A stretch of 64,000 nucleotides of DNA from an uncultured cyanobacterium. GTDB taxonomy: Bacteria; Cyanobacteriota; Cyanobacteriia; Phormidesmidales; Phormidesmidaceae. Location: contig CAWBZI010000001.1 in NCBI GenBank assembly GCA_963793265.1, positions 32,001-96,000 on the forward strand, in the 5' to 3' direction. Below the pieces are notes generated by a model. The model was not told the origin of the DNA, did no database searches, and worked only from the letters and a program-made list of their open reading frames with translations. The translations under genes were made by a program, and so were the position numbers. Shown piece after piece: positions 9,441 through 20,877 of the stretch (positions are counted from its first letter, which is position 1; every line of letters begins with the position of its first letter).

Positions 9441-11465
9441 ATGACTGCGCCCCAGCATACTGCTCAGCCAAAAGCAGATCAAAGCGACCTGTCTTCTGTA
9501 GAAGACAAGTCCTCTACTAACAAGGTCAGCTCGCCCAACAGCTACCCGCAACAAAGGTGCTGGTTTATGGCCTTAGGGCTGCTAGGTGGCTTTGGCTTTG
9601 TCGCTGGTCAAGTAAGCTTTGCCCATGCTGAAGGCGACTTCTTAGTCAACGACTACGCCCTGAGCACTGAAAGTGCGAATCATTCAGTCGCAGACACTAC
9701 CTTTTCAATTTCTGAGTCTGCGCCTATTTCACAGCCCATACCCAATGCCTTCGTTGAAGTAGCACCGGCTCCGGGCGTGGCTGCTGAAACCTTTACGCCA
9801 GCACCCACGCCCGCGCCAGCACCGGCACCCGCCTACGTTCCCCCGGCACCTACCCCAGCGCCAGTCGTTGTAGCCGCGCCCACGCCCGCACCGCCCGTTC
9901 AGGTAGCCACACCCGTTGCCCCATCGGCCCCCGAGCCCTCTATCACCATCGAAATAGAGCCTGCCCAGAACGTGCAACCCGCCGTTACGCCCGTTGCCAG
10001 GCCCACCTTTACAACAGCCAACAGAACAGCCAACAGAACAGCCAGAAAGCCCACACCGAAGAAGACAGCGCGTCTTAATAATCGGCTAGTCGGTATGACA
10101 GAAGCAGGTGCCCTGGCCATCCCCTTCTCTAACTACATGACGCACAGCGGTGCGGTTGCCGCTGTCACTGCGCCCAGTCGTGGGCCTATTAGCCGTAGCG
10201 CAGCCACCCTAGGCGTTGTTGAAGTATCGGCCAGAGATATCGGTACGCTGGTAGCTACAGGTGATTTGACGGATGAGCTAGCGATAGAGGCCGCACCTGT
10301 AGAGGCTGCGCCTGCCGTTCCTGACTTTTTACCCGAGCAAATGGAAACGGCTGCGCCCCCGATTGTAGATATCGCGCCAGTTGCTGAAGAGATTGTGCCG
10401 GTTAGGCCCGCAGATAGCGTGCCGGTTGCGCTGCCTGAAGGCACTGGCCTGCCTGAAGAATACAACAGCATTTTTGTTGATCCTACTGACTACAGCGTCG
10501 GCGCAACGCAGTCGCCTGATGTGGTCGTTTCTGAGCAGTCTACAGGCTGTGAGTTTACGATAGGCGGTGGTCAGGGTGTGCCTAATGGAGCCTGCGGGAC
10601 AAGCCTGCCGACTGCACCTGCGCCTGCGCCCGTTGCTCAAGGCAATCAGCAGGCTCCGGTAGCAGCTGCCAGTGCCCCAGCGGCGACTGGCTATCACGAA
10701 CAGTCGCCAGTCGCCAGCAGCAGCTATAGTCAACCGGCTGTTAATGTCGGGCCAGTCAGCTTTAGCACGTCAGGCATCCGGTTTAATAGCTCAACGACAG
10801 CAGCCGGTCGCGAATATCTCAATCGCTCCGTACGTCCGCTGGTCAACCTTCAGGCGGCTCAGCAGTTTATTTTCCCGCTGGCAGTGCCATCTCCAATTAC
10901 GTCATTGTTTGGCTTTAGAATTCACCCAATTACGGGCACACGGCGGTTTCACGCCGGTACTGATATTGGCGCGGAGCAAGGTACGCCCGTACTAGCAGCT
11001 CAAGACGGTAAGGTGGTTACGGCTGACTATGCTGGTGGCTATGGCTTGATGGTGGTATTAGACCATTTGGTTGAAGACACAGAGTTACAGAGCCGCTATG
11101 CTCACCTTTCAGATATTTTGGTAGAGCCTGGTGCAGACGTGAAAAAAGGCGAAGTGATTGGGCTAGTCGGCAGTACGGGCAACTCGACAGGGCCTCACCT
11201 GCACTTTGAAATGCTGCAAAATACCGCTGATGGCTGGGTGCTGGTGAACGCTGACGGTCTGGTACAGAATTCTTTGGCTAATTTGGTCAAAGCGCTGAAC
11301 AATCCCGTGCAGGCATTCAAGCTAGCTGATCTCACGATGAACTTGCGATCGCTTAATCAGACCTCAGCACCGTCTCAGCCAGGCATAACAACTTCGCCAG
11401 TCTTGAATGATTTACCCGGACAAAACGGTGTGCCCTTCCGTCCAGCGCAGCCTAATGCTAGCTAG
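9441..11465 (+). CDS. M23 family metallopeptidase with long Pro/Ala-rich N-terminal region
   Basis: HAGTD, YAHL, STGPHLHFE zinc motifs. Confidence 0.9.
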   Translation: MTAPQHTAQPKADQSDLSSVEDKSSTNKVSSPNSYPQQRCWFMALGLLGGFGFVAGQVSFAHAEGDFLVNDYALSTESANHSVADTTFSISESAPISQPIPNAFVEVAPAPGVAAETFTPAPTPAPAPAPAYVPPAPTPAPVVVAAPTPAPPVQVATPVAPSAPEPSITIEIEPAQNVQPAVTPVARPTFTTANRTANRTARKPTPKKTARLNNRLVGMTEAGALAIPFSNYMTHSGAVAAVTAPSRGPISRSAATLGVVEVSARDIGTLVATGDLTDELAIEAAPVEAAPAVPDFLPEQMETAAPPIVDIAPVAEEIVPVRPADSVPVALPEGTGLPEEYNSIFVDPTDYSVGATQSPDVVVSEQSTGCEFTIGGGQGVPNGACGTSLPTAPAPAPVAQGNQQAPVAAASAPAATGYHEQSPVASSSYSQPAVNVGPVSFSTSGIRFNSSTTAAGREYLNRSVRPLVNLQAAQQFIFPLAVPSPITSLFGFRIHPITGTRRFHAGTDIGAEQGTPVLAAQDGKVVTADYAGGYGLMVVLDHLVEDTELQSRYAHLSDILVEPGADVKKGEVIGLVGSTGNSTGPHLHFEMLQNTADGWVLVNADGLVQNSLANLVKALNNPVQAFKLADLTMNLRSLNQTSAPSQPGITTSPVLNDLPGQNGVPFRPAQPNAS

Positions 11466-11498
11466 TCAAAACTTAGCAAAAGCGAATGGCTTTTTCGT

Positions 11499-11933
11499 AT
11501 GGCTTTCTCGTACGCTCGGGTGATTCGGTTTCATGAAACGGATGCAGCAGGCGTTGTGTATTTTGCGCGCCTGCTGACGCTGTGTCATGAAGCTTATGAA
11601 GCCTCTCTAGCGGCAGTAGGTATAGATTTGCGCGCGTTCTTTTCGAGTGCGGATGGCGTAGCGGTGCCAGTGGTACGGGCAGAGGCTGATTTTCTGCAGC
11701 CGATTTTTTGTGGTGATGTGATCGCTATCTCCCTCACGCCAAAACAGCTCAGCCCTCACAGCTTCGAAATTGCCTACACCATCACCAAAGCCGACAGCCC
11801 AAAGCCATTAGCCCAGGCGGCAACCCGGCACGTTTGTATCCGCACAGATAAAGCAGAAGGCGCTAGGCGTCGTCGGCCCCTAACGGCTGCGCTGGAAGAT
11901 TGGATAAACGATCTATCAAAGTCCGACGATTGA
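11499..11933 (+). CDS. Hotdog-fold thioesterase, probable DHNA-CoA hydrolase
   Basis: FHETDAAGVVYFA motif; adjacent to menE-menC-menA. Confidence 0.85.
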   Translation: MAFSYARVIRFHETDAAGVVYFARLLTLCHEAYEASLAAVGIDLRAFFSSADGVAVPVVRAEADFLQPIFCGDVIAISLTPKQLSPHSFEIAYTITKADSPKPLAQAATRHVCIRTDKAEGARRRRPLTAALEDWINDLSKSDD

Positions 11934-13312
11934 GCTTGCCTTGAGCATTACGGGGCAAAGCGGCTAAGGGCACCCAGTACTTTGGGTGTTTATATCGGCT
12001 GAGGGCGGGCGTAGATTTGGTCGAAGGCGCGGACGGGGAATTCATTAGAGATAGTTTCAGGCTTTCTATACAGACGCTTTCATCGGTAGGAACGTAGGCT
12101 GCGGTAACGGCTTCTCCCCATTCAGGATGTGGCAGACCGAGCACACACACATCTTTAACCAGGCCAGTGCTGCGCAAGGCCGCTTCGACTTCGGCTGGAA
12201 AAATATTCTCGCCGCCGCTGATGATTTTACCGCTGGCTCTGCCCGTGACGTGTAAGTGTCCGTTGTCATCTAGGTAGCCGAGGTCGTCTGTGTAAAAGGT
12301 GTCGGCGTCTGAACTGTCGGCGATCGGAGGCTTTGCCAGTGCGGCTGAACGGATAGCGATCGCCCCAACTTCACCCGGCAATGCCATCCGTCCATTTTTA
12401 AGAATCTGAATCGTGGCATGGGAGAGCGATCGCCCACTGCTCAAGCGTCCTCGCAAAAAATCATCAGGACTCAACGCACTCACCATAGCCGCCGTCTCAG
12501 TCATGCCATATGAAAGGCACAAAGGAATTTGTAAAGCGCTAGCCTGTTCTAACAAAGTCGGCCAGGCAGGCGCGCCCCCCAATAAAACGGCCCTGAACTG
12601 GTTAAGCCAAGCGCCTTTACCCGAGCGAATCAATCGCTCAAGCTGCGTAGGTACCAGGGAAATAAACCAGCCTTTATAGTCGTGAGGGAGAGCATCAGCC
12701 GCTTCTAACTGCTTAAAAGGCGCAATTCTCACCTGCGCATTGCTCACCCAGGCTCGCAAGATTTGCATTAGCCCGCTCACGTGATAGACCGGCAGCACGC
12801 AGTAGGTATTAACAGGGCAGCCTTCAGGGGTGAAAAACTGTTGAAATCCGCTGACTGAAGACATCAGGCTCGCCCAGGTATGATAGGCAAATTTAATCTG
12901 GCCGCTACTCCCACCAGTAGGAATGAGAATGGCAGATTCCGAAAAGTTCACTAGGCTCCGCAGCAGGCGCATCAAAGACCGCTGAACATTTACCCCATAC
13001 AAGATCTGGCGCGATCAGCTGACTGACGGACTGCCATTCCTGATAGCCCCACTGTGAATTGGCAAAAGCGACGTTCCATCCTGCTAACAATGCAGCTAGA
13101 AAGCAGGCTAAAAACGTGGCTGAATCGGGTTCGGCAATGAGAACTAAGGGTGAAGTTGAAGAGCTGGGATGACTTTCGAGCTGATGGCGGCGATCGCGCA
13201 CCTCTTCAAACCAGTCCTCTCCTTGATTCTCTAAAATTAGCCAATCTTGCCTCAACTGCGCCCATAGCACCTGCGGATCTGGCGCTAACATCTCGGACGT
13301 AGCCGCTGCCAC
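11863..13312 (-). pseudogene. menE: o-succinylbenzoate-CoA ligase, split by a frameshift near 12942-12945 (possibly sequencing error)
   Basis: N-part ORF 12905-13312; C-part has PTGGSSG, YGMTET, TDDLG, GGENIFPAEVE, PRNAQGK; frames join at an AAAA run. Confidence 0.85.
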
Positions 13313-14289
13313 AGCGCCTCCCAGTCAGGATCGTCTAGCCCATCATTCGGCAACCACTGCTGCGTACCCAAGCCCATCACCCGATGCGGCGCATTCGGTA
13401 GCACATCCGCAATTTCCAACGTCAAATCAATCAGCGCCTGGCGACCAATGTCCGTCTCAAAAACAGACGACACCACAACATCAATCGGATAGTCGGCGCA
13501 AAACTGCTTGAGCCGACTGGGCGATCCTAAAATCGCCGCCTTGATTACATAAATGCCGCGCCAGCCGCGAAAATAGTGGGACTTAAGCTGCTCAAGCGTC
13601 GTCACTGACTCGTCTAAGGCAATCGGCGTCTGGTAGCGGTGGGCGAGCTTGACTAGATCATCAAAGTGACTAGGGGGTAGCGGCTGCTCAATAAACTCAA
13701 TGCGGTGGCCGAGGCGATCGCACTGATCGAGCCAGCGATGTGCCGCTAGCTCATCAAGCCCACCGTTGGCATCAAGCCGTAACTTTGCCCCCAGCGGCAA
13801 TTGCGCCATCAGCCGATGCAGCCAGGCCAGCTCAACGGCTACCGGAGCCACCCCAATTTTCCACTTAAACGTGCGATGACCTAACGCCCAAAGCGTCGGC
13901 CAGGCAGAGAGCGCCGCCTGCCCGGTCGGCAGCAGGGCGCTGTACTGATCGGTTTCTAACTCAGCGGTGAGATGACCCGTCGTCAAATTACGAGCCAGGT
14001 TATTCAGGGCTACTTCAAAGCCAAACTTGCAAGCTGGTAGCGTCGGCAGTATGGCAAACACATTATGCTCCGAAAGCCGCTGCGGAAGCTGCATACAAAA
14101 AGAAACTGCCTGCGCCTGAGTTTCGGTGCCAAACCAGGGTAGGGGCGCAATCTCACCAAAGCCAATGCACCCACGATCATCAGTGAATTTTAAAATGATG
14201 CCTTCACGATATTTCCAGGCCCCATGGCTGGTTTTGAGCGTTCGACGAAACGGTCGCCGGTAAGCGCGAAACTCAAAGCGGTAGGCCAT
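13285..14289 (-). CDS. menC: o-succinylbenzoate synthase
   Basis: KWKIG, LRLDANG, EQP, ALDES enolase-superfamily motifs in men cluster. Confidence 0.92.
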   Translation of the reverse strand: MAYRFEFRAYRRPFRRTLKTSHGAWKYREGIILKFTDDRGCIGFGEIAPLPWFGTETQAQAVSFCMQLPQRLSEHNVFAILPTLPACKFGFEVALNNLARNLTTGHLTAELETDQYSALLPTGQAALSAWPTLWALGHRTFKWKIGVAPVAVELAWLHRLMAQLPLGAKLRLDANGGLDELAAHRWLDQCDRLGHRIEFIEQPLPPSHFDDLVKLAHRYQTPIALDESVTTLEQLKSHYFRGWRGIYVIKAAILGSPSRLKQFCADYPIDVVVSSVFETDIGRQALIDLTLEIADVLPNAPHRVMGLGTQQWLPNDGLDDPDWEALWQRLRPRC

Positions 14290-14295
14290 GTGCAG

Positions 14296-15363
14296 CTACC
14301 CCGCGCTCGGGCCGAACGGCATTGGGGCCGCTGAAACTAATAGACCTAGCACCAGCAGCAGCCCGCTCCAAAGGTGAAAGCGAATGGCCAAAAATTTGGC
14401 GTTGCTAATGCGTTTGGGCCGATCGTGAAACCGCAGCACATGCCTGCACAAACGCAGGGCAGCAGGCGCACTGCCCCATATCAGTATTACGCCCCAGGGG
14501 AGCCCGCCTAGCAGCATTGCCACTGCCGAAACTACGAACACACCTGCGCAGGCTAAGGGCAAAAGCTGCGAGCCTCTGCGAGTGCCGAGCCGCACAATGG
14601 GCGATTTCTTCCCAGCTTTCAGGTCGTCTTCAACCTGATGAAAATGGGAGCAAAAAAGCACTAGCGTCGTTGCAATGCCGACAATTGTTGCCGCCGGTAG
14701 CAGCGGCGTTTGCCAGCTCCAAACCAACGTCGAGCCAGCGGTAGAATCAACCTGCCAGCTTCGTGCTTGCGCGTAGTAAGCGGCCCCTACAGCTAAAGGG
14801 CCAAAGCTGAAAAAACACAAAATTTCTCCAAGCCCCTGATAGCCCAGGCGGAAAGGAGGCCCCTGATATAGGTAGCCGAGTGCGCAGCAGGCCAGCACCA
14901 TCGTTAGTACGGTGGCATCGTTTTGCCAGAAGGCGATCGCAACAATACCCGCAATCCCTAGCAGCAAAGCGGCATTCCCAACCCAAAAAATTAGCGAGCG
15001 ATTGCGGGTGAGATTCACCAAAGAATGGTGCTTGTTTTTATCAATGCCAGTCGCGGCGTCAAACACGTCATTACTGAGATTTTCCCAAACCAGTAGCAGC
15101 ACTGCTGAAAGCGCAAATGTCGCAAATATGCCAAAGCGGAACGCGCCCGTTTGAGCGTAGGCCACCGCGCTACCCACACAAATTGGCATCACCGCCACGC
15201 AGTACATCGGCGGCTTAATTGCAGCCATCCATAGCTTAGAACGGTCAGGCGCGCGATCAGATACGCGACCAGGTGGCAAAACGGCTTCGCCAAGCTGTTG
15301 GGAATGCCTGCTGAGAAGGGTATTCGATGACGCCTGACGAGGCTTGGCCGTTTGAATGGTCAT
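14296..15363 (-). CDS. menA: DHNA phytyl/prenyltransferase (UbiA family)
   Basis: AAIKPPMY, NDVFD...GID, YQGPPFRLGYQGLGE, HFHQVEDD. Confidence 0.92.
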   Translation of the reverse strand: MTIQTAKPRQASSNTLLSRHSQQLGEAVLPPGRVSDRAPDRSKLWMAAIKPPMYCVAVMPICVGSAVAYAQTGAFRFGIFATFALSAVLLLVWENLSNDVFDAATGIDKNKHHSLVNLTRNRSLIFWVGNAALLLGIAGIVAIAFWQNDATVLTMVLACCALGYLYQGPPFRLGYQGLGEILCFFSFGPLAVGAAYYAQARSWQVDSTAGSTLVWSWQTPLLPAATIVGIATTLVLFCSHFHQVEDDLKAGKKSPIVRLGTRRGSQLLPLACAGVFVVSAVAMLLGGLPWGVILIWGSAPAALRLCRHVLRFHDRPKRISNAKFLAIRFHLWSGLLLVLGLLVSAAPMPFGPSAG

Positions 15364-15546
15364 AAAGTCCGCAGTGTAAAAGCTCAGGGAACCAGCATAG
15401 CCTTTTGCACATAGGCGCTTGGCCGATGGCAAAAAAACTCAAAGGTTAGCCAAAGACTTTTCGTCGAGATCGATTAGATAAGAGTTTCTTCGGTCATTTT
15501 GTCAAGTTCTCTGCTACAGTGCAGTGCGACTATCTGGCTCAAGCGC

Positions 15547-17334
15547 ATGGAAGACTCAGCAACCACAAAAACGGCTCAGCCCACTAAGTTTGGGTTAAAG
15601 TCGCTGACAAAGCTACCTAAGCTGGTGACCTTTGGCGCTGCTTTTTTGCTAGCAGGTGGCGCTATTGCCTATCTCAATTTTGTCCAGCGCGCCCCTCGTA
15701 GCCTCTCCCCGGCAGGCACGCAGCTCGTGCCCCAAACGGCTTTGGCGACCATGACTATCACCACCGACGAGCTGACTTGGACAAAGCTGCGGCAGTTTGG
15801 CACCGAAGAAAGCCAGCAGCAGTTTGACGGTGTGCTCAGCCAGTGGAAAGACCTTTTATTTACGGATAATGGCTATAGCTTTAAGCGCGATATTAAGCCC
15901 TGGATAGGCGATCGCGTCACGCTAGCCATGCTCAAAGGCAAACCAACCGCCGATAGTTCCTTAGCAGGCATAGAAACCACCCTGCAAAACCTGGTTCTTG
16001 TCGTACCCATTAACGATCCGCTCAAGGCAAAAACACTCATTGGCGAAGGCCCTAAAAGCTCAGAGGTCACTTGGGAAGATCGCACCTACAAAGGCATATC
16101 GGTTAAAACAATTCAGTCGAAAGCAGGCGCTGCCGTTGAGTCAGCAGTAATTGGCAGCGACTGGCTATTGCTCAGCAACTCTACAGAAGGCATAGAGCAG
16201 GCGATTGATACGCATAAAGGCGGTCGCTCCTTGCTAGACGTATCGGGCTATCGTAAGGCGGCGCTGCGCATTGAATCTCCGCAGCCACCCGGCAAAAACT
16301 TCGCCCAGGTTTATCTCAATATTCCGGTAGCTACCGAAGCGCTAGGGTCACCTGTGTCTAACGCGCGGGGCAGTATTGTTCCGCTCCAAGGATCGCAAGG
16401 CTTAGTCGCAACCGCTCTGATTGAGCCCGAAGGCGTACGTTTTCAGGGCACAAGCTGGCTGGCTCCCAAAAACGATTTGGCCTACAGCAGCATGAGTAAC
16501 GAGGCCAGTGAAATGCCGCGTCGGCTGCCCGATGACACGTTAATCATGATGTCAGGCAGCAATCTTCAGCAGTTCTGGCGCGGCTTTAGAGAAGAAAACA
16601 GCTCGCCACCTTTCTTCCCTAATCCGCAGAACCTGGAGTCTGGCCTGCTGACGCAAACGGGTTTGGATTTGAACGAAGACATCATGCCCTGGGCCGCAGG
16701 TGAGTTTGCAGTGGGGCTACTGCCACCCGAGCTAGCCGCAGGCTCAGCAGAAGATCCTGACGAACCAGCAGAGATTGAGCCGATTGAGCCGGAGGGCGAT
16801 GAATCGACGATTGAGCCCACGATGGAGAGTGCGCCGCTGATGATTATGGTGCAAACCAACGACCGTAAGACGGCAGAGTCGGTGTGGGCGCAGCTTGACG
16901 ATGTGATGGTGAGCCGGTATCGGTATCAGGTTGAAACCGAAGAGGTTGAAGGCGGTTCGGTAACGCGATGGGTGTCGCCTTTTCAAGGGGTGCAGTTCAG
17001 CCATGGCTGGCTACCGGGGAACGTGACCTTTTTTGCGGTGGGCAGCGGTGCAGCTGAGGCGATCGCCCCCAGTCCTGAAAAGTCACTCGCTGAAACCCGT
17101 CAGTTTCAAACCCTCACCCGTCAGGCCCCACAGCCCAACAACGGCCACTTCTTTTTAGATCTGGCTCAAATTAATGCCTTAGACGGCGCGGTTTTCCCAC
17201 TGCCTGAACTGCCTGAAGAAGGCGCGACAAGAGCGATTCAGGCGATTGGAATGACGGCTACGGTGGGCGATCGCAACATGGACTACGACCTCTATGTAAA
17301 GTTAGCCAAAGCCGCCAAGCCAGCGCCACTTTAG
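15547..17334 (+). CDS. DUF3352-like membrane-anchored protein
   Basis: Single N-terminal TM; repeated DIxPW(I/A)G(D/E) motif; position upstream of glpX. Confidence 0.7.
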   Translation: MEDSATTKTAQPTKFGLKSLTKLPKLVTFGAAFLLAGGAIAYLNFVQRAPRSLSPAGTQLVPQTALATMTITTDELTWTKLRQFGTEESQQQFDGVLSQWKDLLFTDNGYSFKRDIKPWIGDRVTLAMLKGKPTADSSLAGIETTLQNLVLVVPINDPLKAKTLIGEGPKSSEVTWEDRTYKGISVKTIQSKAGAAVESAVIGSDWLLLSNSTEGIEQAIDTHKGGRSLLDVSGYRKAALRIESPQPPGKNFAQVYLNIPVATEALGSPVSNARGSIVPLQGSQGLVATALIEPEGVRFQGTSWLAPKNDLAYSSMSNEASEMPRRLPDDTLIMMSGSNLQQFWRGFREENSSPPFFPNPQNLESGLLTQTGLDLNEDIMPWAAGEFAVGLLPPELAAGSAEDPDEPAEIEPIEPEGDESTIEPTMESAPLMIMVQTNDRKTAESVWAQLDDVMVSRYRYQVETEEVEGGSVTRWVSPFQGVQFSHGWLPGNVTFFAVGSGAAEAIAPSPEKSLAETRQFQTLTRQAPQPNNGHFFLDLAQINALDGAVFPLPELPEEGATRAIQAIGMTATVGDRNMDYDLYVKLAKAAKPAPL

Positions 17335-17537
17335 AGGCACTAAAGGGGCAACAGGCGAGGAAACAGCGAGTTATTTTGCCAAATCTCAGCATGTAGAATG
17401 GTATCGATCTTTACGTAAATATGCCAACCGAATCAGGACAGCTACTATTCTCTGATAAACTCGATGGTGGCCCGCAAGAGAATTAAAGACTCTTTTAACA
17501 TCGGCTATATTCGGCAGTTTGGAGGAATAAATATCCC

Positions 17538-18575
17538 GTGGAAACCACCCTCGGATTAGAGATTATTGAAGTCGTCGAGCAGGCAGCGATCGCATCTGCC
17601 CGCTGGATGGGTAAAGGCGAGAAAGACATTGCTGACGAAGTAGCTGTAGAAGCTATGCGTGAGCGCATGAACAAAATTCACATGCGCGGCAAGATCGTAA
17701 TTGGTGAAGGCGAACGCGACGACGCACCCATGCTCTACATCGGTGAGGAAGTTGGCATCTGCACACAGCCCGATGCTGACAAGGTTTGCACCCCTGACGA
17801 GCTGATCGAAATTGACATTGCCGTAGACCCTTGCGAAGGCACCAACCTTTGCGCCTATGGTCAGCCTGGATCTATGGCCGTGCTCGCCATTTCAGAAAAA
17901 GGCGGTCTGTTCGCAGCCCCCGACTTCTACATGCGCAAGCTCGCTGCCCCTCCGGCTGCAAAAGGCAAAGTAGACATCAACAAGTCACCCGCTGAAAACC
18001 TCAAGATTTTGGGCGAGTGCTTAGAGCGCGGCGTAGACGAGCTAGTCGTGATTGTCATGAAGCGCGAGCGTCACAACGATTTGATCAAAGAGATCCGCGA
18101 TGCCGGTGCCCGCGTTCGCCTAATTAGCGACGGCGACGTTTCTGCCGCGATTTCCTGTGGCTTTGAAGGCACGAACGTTCATGCCCTGATGGGTATTGGC
18201 GCAGCGCCTGAAGGCGTGATTTCGGCAGCAGCTATGCGCTGCTTGGGCGGTCACTTCCAAGGTCAGCTCATTTACGATCCTGCGGTTGTGAAAACGGGTT
18301 TGATTGGCGAAAGCAAAGAGGCTAACCTTGAGCGTTTGTCTTCGATGGGCATCAACGATCCTGACAAGATTTATACTGCTGAAGAGCTTGCCAACGGTCA
18401 GAACGTCTTGTTTGCAGGCTGCGGCATTACGCCCGGTACGCTCATGAACGGCGTTCGCTTCTTTAACGGCGGCTACCGCACTCAGAGTTTGGTTATCTCT
18501 AGCCAGTCTAAAACGGCTCGCTTTGTTGATACCGTTCACATGGGCGGCAATCCTAAGCGTGTGAATTTGGTTTAA
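17538..18575 (+). CDS. glpX: Class II fructose-1,6-/sedoheptulose-1,7-bisphosphatase
   Basis: [43 protein letters not shown] upstream of GTG. Confidence 0.97.
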   Translation: METTLGLEIIEVVEQAAIASARWMGKGEKDIADEVAVEAMRERMNKIHMRGKIVIGEGERDDAPMLYIGEEVGICTQPDADKVCTPDELIEIDIAVDPCEGTNLCAYGQPGSMAVLAISEKGGLFAAPDFYMRKLAAPPAAKGKVDINKSPAENLKILGECLERGVDELVVIVMKRERHNDLIKEIRDAGARVRLISDGDVSAAISCGFEGTNVHALMGIGAAPEGVISAAAMRCLGGHFQGQLIYDPAVVKTGLIGESKEANLERLSSMGINDPDKIYTAEELANGQNVLFAGCGITPGTLMNGVRFFNGGYRTQSLVISSQSKTARFVDTVHMGGNPKRVNLV

Positions 18576-18583
18576 GTAGCCTC

Positions 18584-18667
18584 TTTCTCGGGCGTAGCAT
18601 GTCTATGCCCGAGAAAATGACACAGGGCGCAAAAAGAGACTTCGGAACTAATCCAAAGTCTCTTTTT
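18584..18667 (+). terminator. Two tandem hairpins after glpX; the second has a T tail
   Basis: TTTCTCGGGCGTAG/CTATGCCCGAGAAA and AAAAAGAGACTT/AAGTCTCTTTTT. Confidence 0.75.
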
Positions 18668-18868
18668 TGTGCTGTTGGCTGATGTTTTCTAACTATTAAT
18701 TATTAAGCACTGTTCTATTCCTATCTCTTAAAATGGAGTTTTGTTGAGTTTTCTTGAGATAGCGCTTAGGTTATTTAATACTTTAGGAATAGGGGTGTTT
18801 GCCCCTTCACTATGAATAGAAGATTCTTCATTCGCAGAACTCTTTAGGAAGCCAAGAAGGAAGCCAAG

Positions 18869-20167
18869 ATGAACATTGCCGTTGTTGGGCTCAGTCACCA
18901 GACCGCGCCCGTTGAAGTCAGAGAAAAACTCAGCATTCCTTCTGCACAGGTCGCAGACGCGATCGCTCATCTCAGCAGCTCGCACACCCTCGAAGAAGTT
19001 TCTATTCTCAGCACCTGCAATCGTCTCGAAATTCACATTGTCACCACCGAAACCGAAGCAGGCGTTCAGGGCGTGATGCGCTTCCTTTCCGAGCACAGTG
19101 GCCTTTCTTTAAACGAACTGCGCCCCCACCTGTTCGTACTGCTTCAGCAAGATGCGGTCATGCACCTGATGCGCGTCTCAGCAGGGCTCGACAGCCTGGT
19201 ACTGGGCGAAGGCCAAATTCTAGCGCAGGTAAAGCACGCGCTTAGCTTAGGCCAGCAGCACAAGGGCGTTGGTCGCATTCTCAACCGTCTGCTCAAAGAT
19301 TCTATTAAGGCCGGTAAGCGCGTTCGCACTGAAACGAACCTGGGCACGGGCGCGGTGTCGATTAGCTCGGCAGCAGCAGAGCTTGCGCTGATGAAAGTTG
19401 AGAGCTTTGACAACTGCCATATTGCAATTTTGGGCGCGGGCAAAATGGCTCGTTTGCTGGTGCAGCATCTCATTTCTAAGCGAGCCAGTAAAATCACGCT
19501 GCTCAATAGAACCATTAAGCGAGCTGACGAACTGGCCGCACAGTTTGGCGACGTTGATATTACAACCGGCACACTTGAGGGCATGTTGGATGCGGTAGTC
19601 GCCGCAGATGTGGTGTTCACCTGCACCTCTTCAGTAGAACCAATTTTGCACCGGGAGAATTTGGAGCCCGTTTGCGATGGTTCCTCAACGCTGGTGTTTG
19701 ACATCGCTGTGCCTCGTAACGTGCATAGCAATATCAGCGAAATTAACAATGTGTTTGCCTTTAATGTAGATGACCTGAAGGCGGTAGTGGCGCAGAATCA
19801 GGAGAGTCGTCGGCAGATGGCGATGGAGGCTGAGACGCTGCTAGATGAGGAGGTTGAGGCGTTTATGGACTGGTTGCGATCGCTCGACACCGTACCGACT
19901 ATCAGCAGCCTGCGCAGCAAAGTAGAAACCATTCGCACCCAAGAGTTAGAAAAAGCCATGTCGCGTTTGGGCTCAGAATTTTCTGAGAAGCATCGCGGCG
20001 TCGTTGAAGCGCTCACTCGTGGCATCGTCAACAAAATTTTGCACGATCCGATGACGCAACTACGCGCTCAAAGAGATATGGACGCGCGTGACAATGCAAT
20101 GGAGACGTTGCAGGTATTGTTTAATTTAGAAACTGCTGCTCGGGAAAAAGCGAATAGCAACCGATAG
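18869..20167 (+). CDS. hemA: Glutamyl-tRNA reductase
   Basis: [35 protein letters not shown]. Confidence 0.97.
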   Translation: MNIAVVGLSHQTAPVEVREKLSIPSAQVADAIAHLSSSHTLEEVSILSTCNRLEIHIVTTETEAGVQGVMRFLSEHSGLSLNELRPHLFVLLQQDAVMHLMRVSAGLDSLVLGEGQILAQVKHALSLGQQHKGVGRILNRLLKDSIKAGKRVRTETNLGTGAVSISSAAAELALMKVESFDNCHIAILGAGKMARLLVQHLISKRASKITLLNRTIKRADELAAQFGDVDITTGTLEGMLDAVVAADVVFTCTSSVEPILHRENLEPVCDGSSTLVFDIAVPRNVHSNISEINNVFAFNVDDLKAVVAQNQESRRQMAMEAETLLDEEVEAFMDWLRSLDTVPTISSLRSKVETIRTQELEKAMSRLGSEFSEKHRGVVEALTRGIVNKILHDPMTQLRAQRDMDARDNAMETLQVLFNLETAAREKANSNR

Positions 20168-20215
20168 CGGTTCGATAATATAAAGCACAGCACTCCTGAG
20201 ACGAAGTGAATCAAT

Positions 20216-20473
20216 ATGGCGAAGTTAACAGTTGATATTCCAGATAGGTTAGTTAGCCAGGTTGAATCAGCAGGACAGTCAGTTGAGGCTGTCCTGCTCA
20301 AGGCATTCACTAAGTATGTAGACGACGAGCTGCCTAAACGAGATATTACAAAAACTCGTACTTGGGAGCTACGCGGTAGTTTTGCAGTTGCAGAGCCCGA
20401 AGCAAAAGGCTCTGAGGCAGTAGAAACCAACTATGCAGAGCATATTGATGATGTCCTTTATAAAGGACTTTGA
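20216..20473 (+). CDS. Putative antitoxin of PIN-domain toxin
   Basis: Small ORF (MAKLTVDIPD...) whose stop overlaps the start of the PIN gene. Confidence 0.6.
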   Translation: MAKLTVDIPDRLVSQVESAGQSVEAVLLKAFTKYVDDELPKRDITKTRTWELRGSFAVAEPEAKGSEAVETNYAEHIDDVLYKGL

Positions 20474-20877
20474 TGACGCGGGTTTTGTGGGATACTTCTG
20501 CGCTAGTTGCCTTGTTCGTTCAATCTGAGACTCGCTACGATCAGATTGAGCGCTACGTTTTGGAAAACTCCGATCTTGAATGGGTGATTCTCTCCACAGT
20601 GCTAGACGAAACAGTAACTTGGATGAGAGCGAAAATTTCTCCAAAAGCCTCTATCCAAGTGGGCTGCATTCTTCGGCAAGAGCACACATACATAAATCTG
20701 TCAGATTCAGATGACAAAGCAGTATGGGATGCTTTTTGCAATTATGACGATAAAAGGTGGAGCTATACAGATTGCTCGCTGTTAGCGATGTCTAATCGTT
20801 TAGGCATTGCCAACGTTGTCTCATTTGATAGTCATATTAAGCAAATGTCAGGTTTAGGAATCATTTGCGTTCCCTAA
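20473..20877 (+). CDS. vapC: PIN-domain (VapC-like) ribonuclease toxin
   Basis: WDTSA...VLDET...SYTDC...SFDSH acidic PIN motif. Confidence 0.85.
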   Translation: MTRVLWDTSALVALFVQSETRYDQIERYVLENSDLEWVILSTVLDETVTWMRAKISPKASIQVGCILRQEHTYINLSDSDDKAVWDAFCNYDDKRWSYTDCSLLAMSNRLGIANVVSFDSHIKQMSGLGIICVP

